Assembly: GCA_964016885.1 (NCBI GenBank)
Contig: OZ024740.1
Span: 118,110,001-118,174,000 of the forward strand
From: Eledone cirrhosa
Taxonomy: Eukaryota
Direction: 5' to 3'
Length of the DNA: 64,000 nt
A program made the position numbers and the translations under genes. This document shows, piece after piece, positions 27,192 to 40,647 of the stretch (position 1 is the stretch's first letter; each line of letters opens with the position of its first letter). Under the pieces are notes generated by a model. That model saw nothing but the letters and a program-made list of their open reading frames with translations. It did not search any database and was not told the origin of the DNA.

Positions 27192-28738
27192 CATGTGTAT
27201 GTATATGCGCGAGGACATAGTAATAGTCGGGCTAGATACCCAATCGCGTGGTTAAGCCACTGAGAATGAAGGAGCCTTTGCCTTTGTCAGGGCATACTTA
27301 TATGAGAAGGCAACTCAGGAAACTGGGATAACTCCGATATAAGACCTGTGGCTCAGTAGTTACCGACGATGTTGATCTTTTCTTCTTTTCGGATTATGGT
27401 TACTGTCAATCAGAGAGTGGGATTAGCTCAGTGCACAGTCTTTCCTCACTTTAAACAAAATCTTCACGCACAGGCATTTCATGATAGCATTAATTGATAA
27501 TTATTAATAACTAGCTGAGGTACCTAGCTTCGCTAGGGTTAACAAATGATAAGTAAAGACCGGCAGAAGAGAAAACGTCTGTATTGAATGCATTGCCTTG
27601 TTTACAGTGTGTGTGTATTGTGTGTGTGTGTGTATATTTGTGTGTGTTTGTGTATATATATGTGCCTGTGTGAAAGTGTTCGTGCTTGTGTGTGTGTGTA
27701 TATATATATATATATGTGTGTGTGTGTGCCTGTGTGAGTGTTCGTGTGTGTGCCTGTGTTAGTGTTCGTGTGTGTGCGTGTGCGTGTGCGCGCGTGTGTG
27801 TGTAAACCACCGTTGGAATCGGAGACATAGGCCGCGAAACACGATCATCACTGACAACGAACTCGAGAGAGAATCCCTTATGGTTGATTCACAACCTGCT
27901 AAAAATAGCAGTCAGGTTGGTTAGCATATATGTCTTATATGTTAGCATATATGTCTTTCTTCTTCTTGGGTGTTATAAAATTAGTATCAATAAATTGTCC
28001 TCGATATACTCTTATCCCAATCCTGTACATACTTGCCGATTGTCACTTCGTTTTTTTTTTTGTGTGATATGCGAAGGAACCAACCAACAAACATCTCTCT
28101 TTTATATTATGTATAAGTTACTATATCTCTTTTATTTGTTCTTTCAACATATTTTTCAGCTAATTCTGTCGTACAATATACATCAGAAATCGTTATCTAA
28201 TGTTTAAAACATGAATAGCTGCGATATATGCACCATATCAATCAAAAACGATATCAGAATTGAATACCATACTAAAGCGCCAGTAAGTTTGCGCAGAAAC
28301 TGCAGATAGAAATGTTAATAAATACAACATTTGGCTTGGGTAAACTTTAAAATGTTCTTTCATTGTAGGTTTCCTTTCTCAGCCAGTACGTTAAAGAAAA
28401 TTGATAGTTACAACAATAAAGGTTGAACAGAGAACACATTTTTTAACAAACTTTAGACTAGTTTGTACAACCATAATAGAAATTCCAAGTAACAGAAAAT
28501 ACATAAATTACATTGTTAGAGCCTCAGAGTATACAATATTTTTTGTTCAGGTCTCGGGAGCAAAGATGAAGAGATTGTTTGGCGAGCTCACCCTAGAGCA
28601 TCCTACATGCAATTGACCATGGTTTTCCCAACTGAAGACCAGCCACATTTAGGGTTTGACCCTGAGCTTTGTTGATGGTAATAGCGAAGCTTAGTCTCTC
28701 TGTTGCTCTAGTATCATTTTTTTCTTCTGGAAAATTTG

Positions 28739-28950
28739 ATCTTGCGGCCAGGCTAGGACTTTTTGGGTGGCATATCGGCAGTTACAATGAGGATAAGCCG
28801 TCTGTGCTTTCGTGAAATAAATACATTTGTTATAACATTGTTTCTTTTGGCAAATCGGATCTTGCAGCCAGGCTAGGACTTTTTGGTGGCATATCAGCAG
28901 TAACAATGACGATAAGCCGTCTGTGCTTTCGTGAAATAAATACGTTTGTT
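28739..28950. repeat. Tandem duplication, period about 120 bp
   Basis: ATCTTGCRGCCAGGCTAGGACTTTT at 28739 and 28859. Confidence 0.9.
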
Positions 28951-29014
28951 TATATTTTGTTTTTGTGTATGCAAAAATATCTGTACACGAATATATAATT
29001 ATATATATAGATAT

Positions 29015-29182
29015 ATATATTAAAATAACAGATTAAAGTTTAAGCAAAGAATCGCTGCTTTCACCTTTAACGGGATCTTCTGAAACTAAAAAAATCAATC
29101 TGTGAACGCAGAAGCAAATATTTCGAAAAACGTTGCAACCGAAAGAAAACAGGAAGATGATACTTTGGTTCGTGAAGACGTT
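29015..29182 (-). mobile_element. Solo fragment of the pseudo-LTR of the 34.2-37.6 kb PLE
   Basis: Reverse complement of about 37405-37570. Confidence 0.8.
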
Positions 29183-29535
29183 AGGAATGTCGTATAACCG
29201 GAAGTGTTACATTTGAACATTTTAAAGAAGTGAATATTTAAATAATGTCTTTAATCTTTTAACACAATTTAGTGGACAAAGATACCCTAACTTTCTTACT
29301 TGGAAATAGTTACATCTATGGTGCAAATTTGGTGCCGTTTGTTCCAACCGCTTGGCGGAAAGTTTGTTACTTACATACGGCCGTCAGCTTTATAGTATAG
29401 ATGTTATATCATGCAAGCAATGGCCATACTCGATAACAAGGGGGCAGCCATCATGTATGTATGCATGTAAGTATGTATGTATATTGGTCTGGTTATATTG
29501 TTTTAAACATTTTCGGAAAATAAAAAGTTAGTAGA

Positions 29536-29742
29536 CTGGCAGGATCGGTAGAGCGTCGGACAGCATGCTTTGCGGTGTAGAGTTACGTTCTTTACGTTCT
29601 GAGTTTAAATCCCGCCGAGCTAAGCTTTGATTTCTTCTTTACGGGTTCGATAAAATAAAGTACCAGTAACACACTGGAGTCGATTTAATCGACTTTCTCC
29701 TCCCCAAAATGTTTTTCCTTGTGCCTAAATCAGAAACCATTA
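29536..29742 (+). mobile_element. Meta-domain SINE, long 3' variant
   Basis: Consensus match. Confidence 0.8.
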
Positions 29743-30392
29743 TTTTATAAATTTTCATCAACAGAAAGATAATTGGTTTCTAACAGAACAAAGACTCTTT
29801 CATTGGAATTTAGACAACACCAACTAGTTAAATATGTATGTATGTGTTTGTGTGGGTTTGTGTGCAGGCATAATATGTGGTTCTGTATGTTTTAAGTTAT
29901 ATGTGTACACGTGTACATGTTTCTGCATCTATACATATGCAGGTATTACATGCTGAATTTCTGAATTGTTTTACATAATATTATAGTTCCATTAATGGAT
30001 TATACTTGCAAATTGCTAATAAGGTATGCTCTTTATGGTTCTGTGAAGCGTTGCTTCTGAAGATTTTTACTGAGACATTTAGTAATATATACAAGAGACC
30101 CAATGATCAGTATATATGTATGTTTGTATGTATGTATGTATGCATGCATGTATGTATATATGAATAATGTATATATGTATTTATGTATGTTTGCATGCAT
30201 GTATGTATATGTTTGTATGCATGTATGTATGCATATATATATATATATGTATGTAACACCTCACAGAAAACATCAGCTAAAGTTATTCCAGCAAAGTCAC
30301 ACTTGAGTGACGCTCCCTTCTAAACAGTGTGAGTAATGACGCTGTCCTAAATCAGCTCTGCTGACCAATGAATAGTTTTGTTTTTTGTATAA

Positions 30393-30878
30393 TCTATATA
30401 TATAAAACTGAGGATGTCTGTCTGTGTGTGTCTGTGAGTTTGAAACCCTAAAACTCGAGAAGTACGCAACCTATTGTTTTCAAACTTTACATGTGTATTA
30501 CCTATGTTTCAGAGAGTGTTATGCACCTAAATCTCAACTTTTTGATCCCCTAAGGCCCGCATTGGGTGAAAAACTTCATTTTTTCAGCTTTTTGGGGCTT
30601 TTTTGAGTCGTTACATCTACCATATTTTCCCGAAATGTCAAGGCATATTATACACATAAAATAAATTCATTTTCTTGATCCCCTAGGACCCGCATTAGGT
30701 GAAAACCTGCATTTTTCCTGCTTCATAGAGGAAAATCTTAAAGATTATCCAGCCATCAGAGTATTCGGTTTATTTTCTTTACATATTGTCCAGGCATGCG
30801 GCTTTTCCACGATTAGGTCTGTTGGCGGCCCACGTTCCAAAATACCTTATCCCGTGCAACGCCGTGTACCACTGCTAG
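30393..30878 (+). mobile_element. Non-autonomous Helitron
   Basis: A|TCTATATATATAAAA 5' end, subterminal CCCGTGCAACGCCG, CTAG|T 3' end, no target-site duplication. Confidence 0.75.
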
Positions 30879-30909
30879 TTTTCTATAAAATGATGGACAT
30901 CATATATTC

Positions 30910-31034
<125 letters not shown>

Positions 31035-31944
31035 GGGAGGGTCATATTTGCGTAATATTGCCAGAATTAATAACAGAACACACTCACCGTTTGGTTGGTT
31101 TTCGCTTCTCGCTGTCTTTTATATATATATATCTGCGATCTAACTTACTCGGTCCTCAATGTTGCCATTGACTGACCGGCGGTCAAAAATAATACAGATA
31201 CACGATTTCATATAAAAAACCTCGCAAAACTAATTCATCGCCGCTATATATATATATATATATATATATTCGGAGAAAGGAGGGGCCCTTCCTGGAGGAT
31301 CTTCCACATCTCCACGTTACGCACGTTATCGAATAACGTTACCCCAAGGGTGATTGCATTGACAATCGTATTTTTTCTGACATTTCAAGAATATGGGTGA
31401 CCATATGTACGGAATGGTATGAATACCGAATTGAAGATAATGAGTGTGATTTTTACACCTACCTTCCATGCTCCTGTTGTACGAATGCTGAAGCTGCTGC
31501 ACTGCTGCAACAGCTTCTGCAATTCCTCCACTTCTTGCGAACACTTCGCTGAGATACTTGAGCTTCTTTACATGCTTCAGTATAAAAAAAGCAGTGTGCT
31601 GGATTTCTCAAAACCACAAGTGTCTCAGGATTCGTAGCAGTCGACAGCAAATTTATTCATTGCACGTCGGATTTCTTGCCACTTCCAACTTATTAAGATG
31701 ATAGGTGATAATATGAACCCTTGGCAGATTTCGACACCCACGTTGCATTGTTTCATCGTAGTACCATTTCTTTGAATACATATATAAGTTAATTCTGATA
31801 GGAAATTCAAGATAACTCGTATAGGGTTCTTCTCTCTGAAGAGAGGTGCAATCTCGCGAGATGGAGGTAATATATTGCTGATCTACTAAATCCAGTCGCA
31901 ACAAATTCATATGTAATGCGTAGCATCTAAGGGCGAAGGTTGAC

Positions 31945-32460
31945 CTCTTGAAGGCTGAAGTCACTAGAGAAATTAAAGCATTAAATGTGGTAAGGCAACT
32001 GGGGAGGATGAAAGACTTTTCGAGATGTTAACAGGAATAGTGAAGGTATGCTGAGGTTGACTTGTGTGTGCCGACTGGCCTGCATCCCTAGAAAGGCACC
32101 AATACAATGACAAATGGGAGTGATAATCATAATATTCATAAGAGAAGACAAAAGAGATTGCTTTAATTATAAAGAAGTATCACCTTGTTAAGCCAGTCAA
32201 TTGAAATATATGCTAGGTGTCTGGCAAAGATATGTAGGTATATTGTTGAGTTCAATATAGTTGAAAAACAGTGCAAGCGGCCAAATACCCAATCTACGGC
32301 AGGTCTTCGAGCAATTGTGGGAGTATTGCCAAAAAAGTATACTTGTTTCGTAGACATCGGAAAGACTTACGATCACGTTCCATGTCTTGTTGCGTAAGGT
32401 TCTGCAAGAGTATGTGATTGATGGAGCTTCTTGTTGCCTTGAAGCTCCATAATAAATCGA
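31945..32460 (+). pseudogene. Degraded RTE-clade reverse transcriptase fragment
   Basis: EVTREIKAL, GKATGEDE, IYARCL and YTCFVDIGKTYDHVP motifs over several frameshifts. Confidence 0.7.
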
Positions 32461-32830
32461 TCATTATGTATAATATTTGAAAAAACAGATTTATTACCAC
32501 TAGATAGAGAAAATTGGACAGAGGCACCCCCAAGGAATAGAACGAAACATATGTAGGATTCCGGCTGTGTGCATTACCAACTACTCAAAGAGACACTGAT
32601 CACAAATTTCGTTTTTAGTAGATTTTAAGCTTATAGCTGGAAGTGTAACGGGAAAACTGATGATCCAATATCTCGTTGAAGATGAGGAGTCTAGTTTATT
32701 AAAATCGTCAGCATTATATAAAGCTTCAGTATTTTACCAATATGTATATATATATATGAAATAAAAAAGCCCCCTTTCAATTAGGTATGTATGTATGTAA
32801 ATATATATATATTTATAAACACATACACAC

Positions 32831-32871
<41 letters not shown>

Positions 32872-33753
32872 TGTGTGAATATGTTTGTTTATAAATAAAT
32901 ATATATATATTTACATACATGTGAGAGTGTGTGTGTTTGTGTGTGTATTTGTGTGTATCTTACTAAAATATTTAAGTTAGCGATTTTAATAAAGTAGGAC
33001 TTTACATCTTAAAAAATGCTATTGAAATAGCAGTTTTAACATATTAAATTTCAATTAATATATTGAATCAGTGTATATTATGTTAATGAGAAAAACGAAA
33101 TGACACAATTGCGCAGATGATATGAAACGAAATGCAGAAAACACAAAAGTATAGTAAATATATTTTAAATATAAGGATAAAATATGTTTTCTAGAGCTCC
33201 CCATAATATAGGATTCAGAATAGAATACTACAACAATATATATATATAGCACCTGCTTGGATACACCTGCAAATAAAGACATATACTCTCCTCCCACTCA
33301 GCCACACATCCATGGGCATTCATATACATAATTATTTTTGTATAACTATATATATATATATATATATATATACATAAAGAGAATGAGAGAGAGAGAGAAT
33401 TTGAATTGAAATCATGAGGTTGTGAGTTCGATTCCCGGATGATTGGGGGATGCGGTATGTCTTTGAGCAAGACACTTTATTTCCCGTTGCTCTTTCTACA
33501 TGGAGTTACAAGCAATAGATAATATTAGCAATTGGAAAGACCATTGGAAACATTGTTTCCTCGGTCCCAATTGACGAAAGTCGATCGACTGTCGATATAT
33601 ATATTCAGGGAGTTTAACGTGAAGTTACTGTAGGTTCACGTAGATAAGCACTCGTTGTTTAGATTCAGGTCTGTAGCGAGGTGTAGAGCTAAACAGAGTG
33701 TAAATATAATAATACAAGGGCGATTAATTATGACTTCATTGCGTTTAATGATT

Positions 33754-33838
33754 GGTGACGCGCGCTTCGCTATTAATCAGCTCAGGGTTCGATCTGTATC
33801 GATCTGATCCGACTCTGGGATCAAAAGCTCATCGGACC
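33754..33838 (-). ncRNA. Hammerhead variant with U4C core, family E
   Basis: Minus: GGT-CCGATGA-GCT...AGC-GAAG-C GCGC G-TC-ACC; A15.1 mutated; stem I covaries with the 21770 copy. Confidence 0.5.
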
Positions 33839-34037
33839 TCTGCTGTTGTAATGACAAAACAAATCAGACACACTTAGATACAACAAACAACCAAATAGTG
33901 ACAAGTAAATAAACACATAAATAGATAAATGGAAACACACACACCCGGATGTAACGCATGTCTAAAGTAAGCGCACAACGCACAACCCACACAACAAGGT
34001 GGTGTAGGACAGAACAAAGGAGAGACACACAAAATAA

Positions 34038-34080
34038 GCCACTGAGGAGGTCACAGAATGTGTGACGAAAAAGCTTTGAC
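34038..34080 (+). ncRNA. Hammerhead-like motif, family F (repeat about 33855-34210)
   Basis: GCCA-CTGAGGA-G GTCAC AGAATGT GTGAC-GAAA-AAGC-TT-TGAC. Confidence 0.45.
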
Positions 34081-34209
34081 AATATATAAACAACCTTCCG
34101 GTTAGCGAACCAACCAACAAACAAACCGGAAACTTACAATAAATTGAAGTGAACACCGGCAGGTGCGTGTGTTTTTATCGGCAGCATCACCCTCCCAAAG
34201 TATAACAAT

Positions 34210-37200
34210 CGTGTAATTGTTTTTCACCGCTCCAAATAATGACGTATTATATTTGTTTTTTCCCGTTCTTTGCCAGGGAACGTTTCCCCGAACCAAACTA
34301 TCGTCTTCCTGTCTTCCTCCGGTTGCAACGTTTTTTGAAATATTCACTTCTGCGTTCACAGATTGACTTTGTTAGTTTCAGAAGATCCCGTTAAGGGTGA
34401 AAGCAGCGATTATTTGCTCTACGGTTCTTATATATTTGATATATATTTATCCTTATCGAGCCCTCTTTGGATTTTAGTCTTCAAATTTATTATTATTACT
34501 ATTTGGCTCCTTCAGTTGAGCACTCTATTGACTTATATTCATCATGCAGAAACAACATCTGAATATTTCTACAAAGAACATACCGGTACCAAGTAGGAAA
34601 ACATACCTAAAACTCCTGATACAGAAAACAGACGTGTTCATTAAAAGGTTGCGTTGGCGTGCCTTTTATTTCGATAATCAGCGAAAAGCAGACAACAAAC
34701 AGGATAAATTTGGGTTTAAAACTTATAATAACCCTCCGTGTAACCAAGCATTGCTACCCTTCGAAAATGATGTCTTGGAACTGATACGGAGTATCAAATT
34801 TAGGAATAGGAGCAATTCATTCCAGCAGGACCTGAAGAATAGAATTCATTCTATTAAGGATTCTAATGCCGTGCACGTCCATTCCGACAACACTGGCAAC
34901 CTATATCAAGTGGAGCGCAGTACTTACCATCAACTACTACATAATGTTGTAACTAAGGATTACCGTAAAACTAATCGGTGCGTCATTAATGAAATCAACA
35001 ATGCTGGGTTTAAAATCACCTCTGATCTCAACATCCTGGACCGGACCGAACCTCTGGACCCTATTTCTCCCCACTTTACCCTGAAGGATCACAAATCCAA
35101 TTTTCCGAATAACCCCTCAAATCGGCTTATTAACTCTAAGAAGTCCGATTTAGGTAGACTTAGTAAAAGGATTCTTGATAGAATTATACCTGATATTAGA
35201 AGTTTGGCCCCTCTTGCACTGTGGAACAATTCTTTCGCGGTGATTGATTGGTTCAACGGCATATGCAACAAGGAACATTGCCGTTTTATCCAATTCGACA
35301 TCAATAATTACTACTCCTCCATCACTTTACCACTTCTCCTTAGAGCTATCAATTTCGCTAAAACACTCCCAGTGGATAAGGATTTCGAAGTTGATGTCAT
35401 TCTCAATGCCCGTAAGTCGGTGATTAATTTCGACGACTCTATTTGGATTAAAAATTCTAATAGTACCCCACTCGACGTGAGTATGGGCGCTAGCGATTCT
35501 GCGGAGGTTACTGATCTTATCGGCCTTTTCCTTCTTTTCTCTATCAAAGACGAATTCCCCAGCGTGGGCGGTGGTTTGTACCGTAATGATGGTCTTTTGA
35601 CCATGACTAAGTGCGGCCCACGTGCTTGCGACAGGTTCAGAAAAGAACACACAGCCTTCTTTAAAGGCTTCAGCCGCTCTATACAGGTTGAGACCAACCT
35701 CTCGGTCGTTAATTACCTCGACGTTACCCTCAATTTATCGAATGACTTGTATTACCCGTATAGAAAGCCGAATGATACGTTTAATTACATAAGTAAGCAT
35801 TCTAACCATCCTGCCAGCATAACCGAGAACCTGGTAAGAAACGTTTCTTTGAGGCTTTCCCGTCTATCTACTAACGAGCATATTTTCAACGACCATTCCA
35901 CATATTACAATGAAACTCTTGCTCGGAGTGGATTTGTCGATAAGGTAGCATATACAGAGTACGAGAATAGACCTAGAAGAAATAGATCCAGACGCATTAT
36001 ATAGTATAACCCACCATATAATATGGAGGTGGCCAGACCATTAGCTAAGATATTTCCCTCCCTTATTACGAAGCATTTTCCCCCTACACATAAATATAGT
36101 AACATTTTTAATAGAAATACTATTAAAATATCTTACTCTACGACTCCTAACCTTGCACATACCATCACAGCTTCAAATTTAGCTAAACTACCTAGCCGTA
36201 GGAACACGTACAACCCTGTAGTTAGTACTAACTGTAATTGTAGGAATCGGGTTGACTGCCCCGTATCTGGGAAATGCCTCTCTAGTAACATTGTCTACAA
36301 ATGTAATGTTGAATCACCCACGCCCCGTAGGGCCTACATAGGGTTAACCGCCAATAGATTCTAGCAGCGTCTTTACATGCATACCCATTTTTTCGTTACC
36401 CTCTAAGAAGGAATATGACGTCACTTTCAGCTTATATCTGGAGTCTAAAAGACAACCACACCCAATATAAGTTACACTGGGAGATCCTAGCTAGGGCTAG
36501 ATCGTATAACGGTAATAAAAGACCATGTGACCTCTGCGCCGCTGAGGCCCTTGAAATACTCTACGCCAAAGACCACATCTTAAACAAAAAATCTGAGGCA
36601 ATTTCGGCTTGTAAACATAAATTGCACAAAACTTTATTGTTTTACAGCCCCACATTTTACCCTAACGGATAGTACGATCTATACGCGGATACTTTACATC
36701 TTGATGTGGTAGCTAAGTATATGTTATGTTTATACCATTACTTATTTGTATAAGTAAGTATATATTACCTGTATGTTTTATGAAGGTACGTATACTTTCT
36801 GGTACGTATATTTGATTGTATATGTTATGGCGTATATTTTATATATTCTGGTACATATGCTTTTGGTTATGTGTATACGTGAGTTTTGCGTCTGTGTGAG
36901 TATGCGGGTTCGTACGTATGTAGGGTGTGTGTATATGTGTACTTCGTGTTTTGGTTTATTTAATTATTTGTATACACACACACACACACACATATTTTGT
37001 ATGTGCGTGTATTTGTATACCTATAGCGAGTGTTTTCGCGTATGCCTGTGTATGTACGTATAGGATGCGTGTATGTATTTATTTAATTTCAATTACCTCT
37101 GTATTTTATTTACTTTATTCTTAACTCTGAAGCCGAGAATCATTCGGTTTCTTAGTCTACGACTTCAGTTATACCATTTACGCGGTTTTGTCTTTGCGTG

Positions 37201-37562
37201 CAATTGTTCTCCATGATCCACATATGACGTATTATCTTCGTTTTTTCCGTTCATTGCCAGAGGACATCTCTATGAACCACCTAATAGAATATTAGTTTAC
37301 GACTTCTTTTATACCATAAACGTGGTTTTGTCTTTGCGTGTAATTGTTTTTCACCGCTCCAAATAATGACGTATTATATTTGTTTTTTCCCGTTCTTTGC
37401 AAGGGAACGTTTCCACGAACCAAAATATCGTCTTCCTGTCTTCCTTCGGCTGCAACGTTTTTTGAAATATTCACTTCTGCGTTCACAGATTGACTTTGTT
37501 AGTTTCAGAAGATCCCGTTAAATGTGAAAGCAGCGATTCTTTGCTTAAAATTTAATCTGTTA

Positions 37563-37570
<8 letters not shown>
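34210..37570 (+). mobile_element. Near full-length Penelope-like element with direct pseudo-LTRs
   Basis: Direct repeat about 34210-34418 and 37337-37545 flanks the ORF; low-complexity 3' UTR; ends in (TA)n. Confidence 0.9.
34544..36672 (+). pseudogene. PLE polyprotein: reverse transcriptase + GIY-YIG endonuclease (Penelope/Poseidon type), disrupted
   Basis: FIQFDINNYYSSI, MGASDSAEVTDLIG, LYRNDGL (DD changed to ND), VNYLDVTLNL, YRKPN, SNHP, CNCR..CPVSGKC, VYKC...YIGLT; TAG stops at 36002 and 36362 and a frameshift near 36390. Confidence 0.93.
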
Positions 37571-37630
<60 letters not shown>

Positions 37631-37643
37631 TAGGAACAAGTAG

Positions 37644-37740
37644 AACCCCGACGGCTGAGTTCAAGCCGTTTCGACGGCTAATTCTGGACTAAATGAATTT
37701 GTTTATCCTGCTAAATGAATAGCCGAACTTCTCAGGGGTT
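37644..37740 (-). ncRNA. Degenerate hammerhead with long stem III, family I
   Basis: Minus: AACCC-CTGAGAA-GTT CGGCTA...TAGCCG TC-GAAA-CGGCT TGAACTC AGCCG-TC-GGGGTT; 3' halves recur at 23562-23590+, 48895-48935+ and 54152-54200-. Confidence 0.5.
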
Positions 37741-38099
37741 AATTCCATATATAGTAAAAGTGATTGTCACCAGGATTGGTCAAAAGTTTGTTGTTGAGAC
37801 ACATGATTCTGTCATGGTATTTTGTGGAATGTAGGGGTAGCTGAACTTTCCAGTAGAAAAAAGAGGGGGAGGGAGCGGAGGAAACCCAGTCAAGCGTTGA
37901 AAGTGACAACTACAGCGGATTCTAGGAATAGAAGGTCGAACAAAGTATACTAGAGAAGGGGAGGGGGGATGAAATTGAAACAATAAGTAAATCTAAATGG
38001 AGTAAATATATAGAAATATAAAAAAATAACTCTACTACCCTAAGTATTGAGTACTTTGGTGCGTTATTGTCCCTCTGGTTCCTTACCACATTTCCTTCG

Positions 38100-38151
<52 letters not shown>

Positions 38152-38154
<3 letters not shown>

Positions 38155-39569
38155 GCCCCTACGTTGCACGGGGTAGGAAACGTGAAATAGCAACACGCAT
38201 ATGCAAAGATTGAGGAATGTAGCTGTGTACTTTTTGAACTCCCTTATTCTCAGGGAATGATTGTTCATCTACTGGAAACGTAGAACACCAGCAGGACAGA
38301 ATCACGAAACATATCCATGTATGTGCAAAATCTGAAGAAAATCAGCTGGATAATCTTTAAGCGTACTAAATCTTAGAGTATGATTTTTCTTCCATTTGGA
38401 GAAAATCGGTTAGGTACTTTTCGAGTTTTATAGATTCGCACAGCCATCATCAGTTGTGTCTAGTACACATGCATGTATACTGTACAGAGTAAAGCCTACA
38501 ATGCTTCAGCAAGACATGTCATGCAACCGCACAGCATGTTGTGCCTTCCCCACAGGAGACCATGGCCTGTTCGTAATCTCGAGCAGGGACACCAGTAGTA
38601 GCAGTGTCAGTGGGCTGATTGCGGAAATCCTGTATGCGAAAGGAGTAAGTGTTGTGGAGCGATGTATGTCGTAAGTCTGTTCACGAATTACGTCACGGAT
38701 GGGCAACACACGTCAGTCTGAAGGAGCGACATATTCAATTGTGTGAAAACCAAGTAGGGATGTTTAAGTAAGGATATTGAGATGCCGAAATCAGCGTGGC
38801 AACGCAGCTGCAGCAGAAGGGCGTCCTTGTGCAATTAGCACAAATGCTGGGCGGCACTGGTTGCACTGCGTTTACACAGCAACAAAGGTGCGACAAAAGG
38901 TATCACCACGGAATTAGCACAACCGCTGTTCGTCGAACTTGCGCAGGGTGTTCATAATTATGTGTAGGAGGAACAAAAGAGGTCTTAGTAGAAGTAGCAT
39001 AGACGTGAGTTTTATGGTTTCAATAAGGCGACAACGTACACAGGGCCAGGATTTGCGCGTGATGAAAGCACGAAGCGTCAACAGGGCACCGACAATCATT
39101 TAAATGTCTTCTTCATTTCCTCAATCCCCGAAAATGGTCCTGTTTAAAAGTAAGTTTGTGTCTTCTGTTAAATAAACCAAATTTTTAACGAAATATTATA
39201 CGCTACTCACGATGTTTAAGTAGCATTTATTTTGAAAATGAAAATGGCATGTAATTCCCAATGCTAATTCGTAAATTACTTAGAAACCATTAAAGGAATC
39301 GGAAATGCGAGGGGACTAACTAATGTTTGCTGCAAATATCGGGGAAATCGGCTGGATTATCTTTAAGTTACACCTCAAAAAAGCCTAAAAATGCCTTTAA
39401 AATGCGGGTTTTCGCCTAGGGCAGAAAAAGTTAAATTCTTTTTTGCTCATTGCACTTCACTAAATATAAGTAATGCATGTGTATATTTTGAAAAAAATCG
39501 GTCCGGTACTTCTCGAGTTTTAGGGATATACACAGATAGACAGAAACCTCTGTTTTATATATAGAGAGA
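38152..39569 (-). mobile_element. Helitron-like element related to 30393-30878 with a GC-richer internal segment
   Basis: Minus 5' end TCTCTCTATATATAAAACAGAGG...CCCTAAAACTCGAGAAGTAC matches the 30393 element; CCCGTGCAACG near 38160; CTAG end not preserved. Confidence 0.6.
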
Positions 39570-40405
39570 TATGTGTGTATATATATATATATCATATATG
39601 TGTATCTGTGTGTGTACTGTGTGTATTTATATATATATATGTGTATACATAATATAAATATACATTCATATATATATATGTGCGTGTGTGTTTGTGTGTG
39701 TCTGTGTGTGTGTGTGTTTGTGTATGTGTGACCACGTGTATGTGTTTGTTGCCGTTAATTCCTTCTTGAGTTATAGATTTTACTGAATCTGTCATTTGGT
39801 TGAAGATGTGTTTTCATAAAGGGATTGGCGCTAATATCATATTCATGGAAGTTAAGCAAAAACAGAGATTGCATACATACACACACACACACATATATAT
39901 ATATGTATGTCCATATACATACATATGTTGCATGTGTGTATATATATATATACTAATGTCCAGAAACAAATAATGCTTCTAATGTCATTGTGGATATAAA
40001 CCAACTCATAAAAATAATAAAGGAAATACACAAAGATAATAGCAACTGCCATACATTCGAATAGTCACATTATTTGAAAGATTATTGAGGAATAAGTAAA
40101 CTGGCAGTTATTATCAATGGAATTAGAAACAGAAATATGACGAAGGCAAAGTTTGTGGGCCGTGTTGTTATATACAATTGATTTACAAAGCCAATCAAAC
40201 AAATTTTGAAATAAGATATTTCTTTCGAATTTGTATTAAGGATTTATTTTGTATTATCTCTTTTTATAAGAATTTTTATTGAAATAATATTAGTTCAGAT
40301 GAAATATATTCAGTTGAAAATAGGAAAATTTATGAAAAAAACGTGAATGTGTTTTTAAGGAATACATTCTGTAGCTCATATGAATATATGTAGATGCACT
40401 AAACG

Positions 40406-40452
<47 letters not shown>

Positions 40453-40522
40453 GTGTATGTGTGTTCCTTCAATTGATCCAATAATCCACCGACTTTTATT
40501 GTAAAAGGTCGTAAATCTCTCT

Positions 40523-40601
<79 letters not shown>

Positions 40602-40605
40602 TCTT

Positions 40606-40647
<42 letters not shown>

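Larger units (their letters stand above)
27511..29401 (-). mobile_element. Putative non-autonomous Helitron with nested fragments
   Basis: Minus 5' end A|TCTATACTATAAA at 29401; 3' hairpin CCTAGC GAA GCTAGG then CTAG|T at 27511; that both ends belong to one element is inferred. Confidence 0.5.

Noticed and set aside
27215-27490. Structured-looking segment, perhaps an RTE 5' UTR or HDV-like ribozyme
   Set aside because: Could not identify a nested double-pseudoknot pairing or a linked ORF
34375-34415. CAGAAGA-TCCC GTTAA GGGT-GAAA in the PLE pseudo-LTR as a hammerhead
   Set aside because: U4 is A in all three copies, there is no U16.1 partner and no stem I pairing
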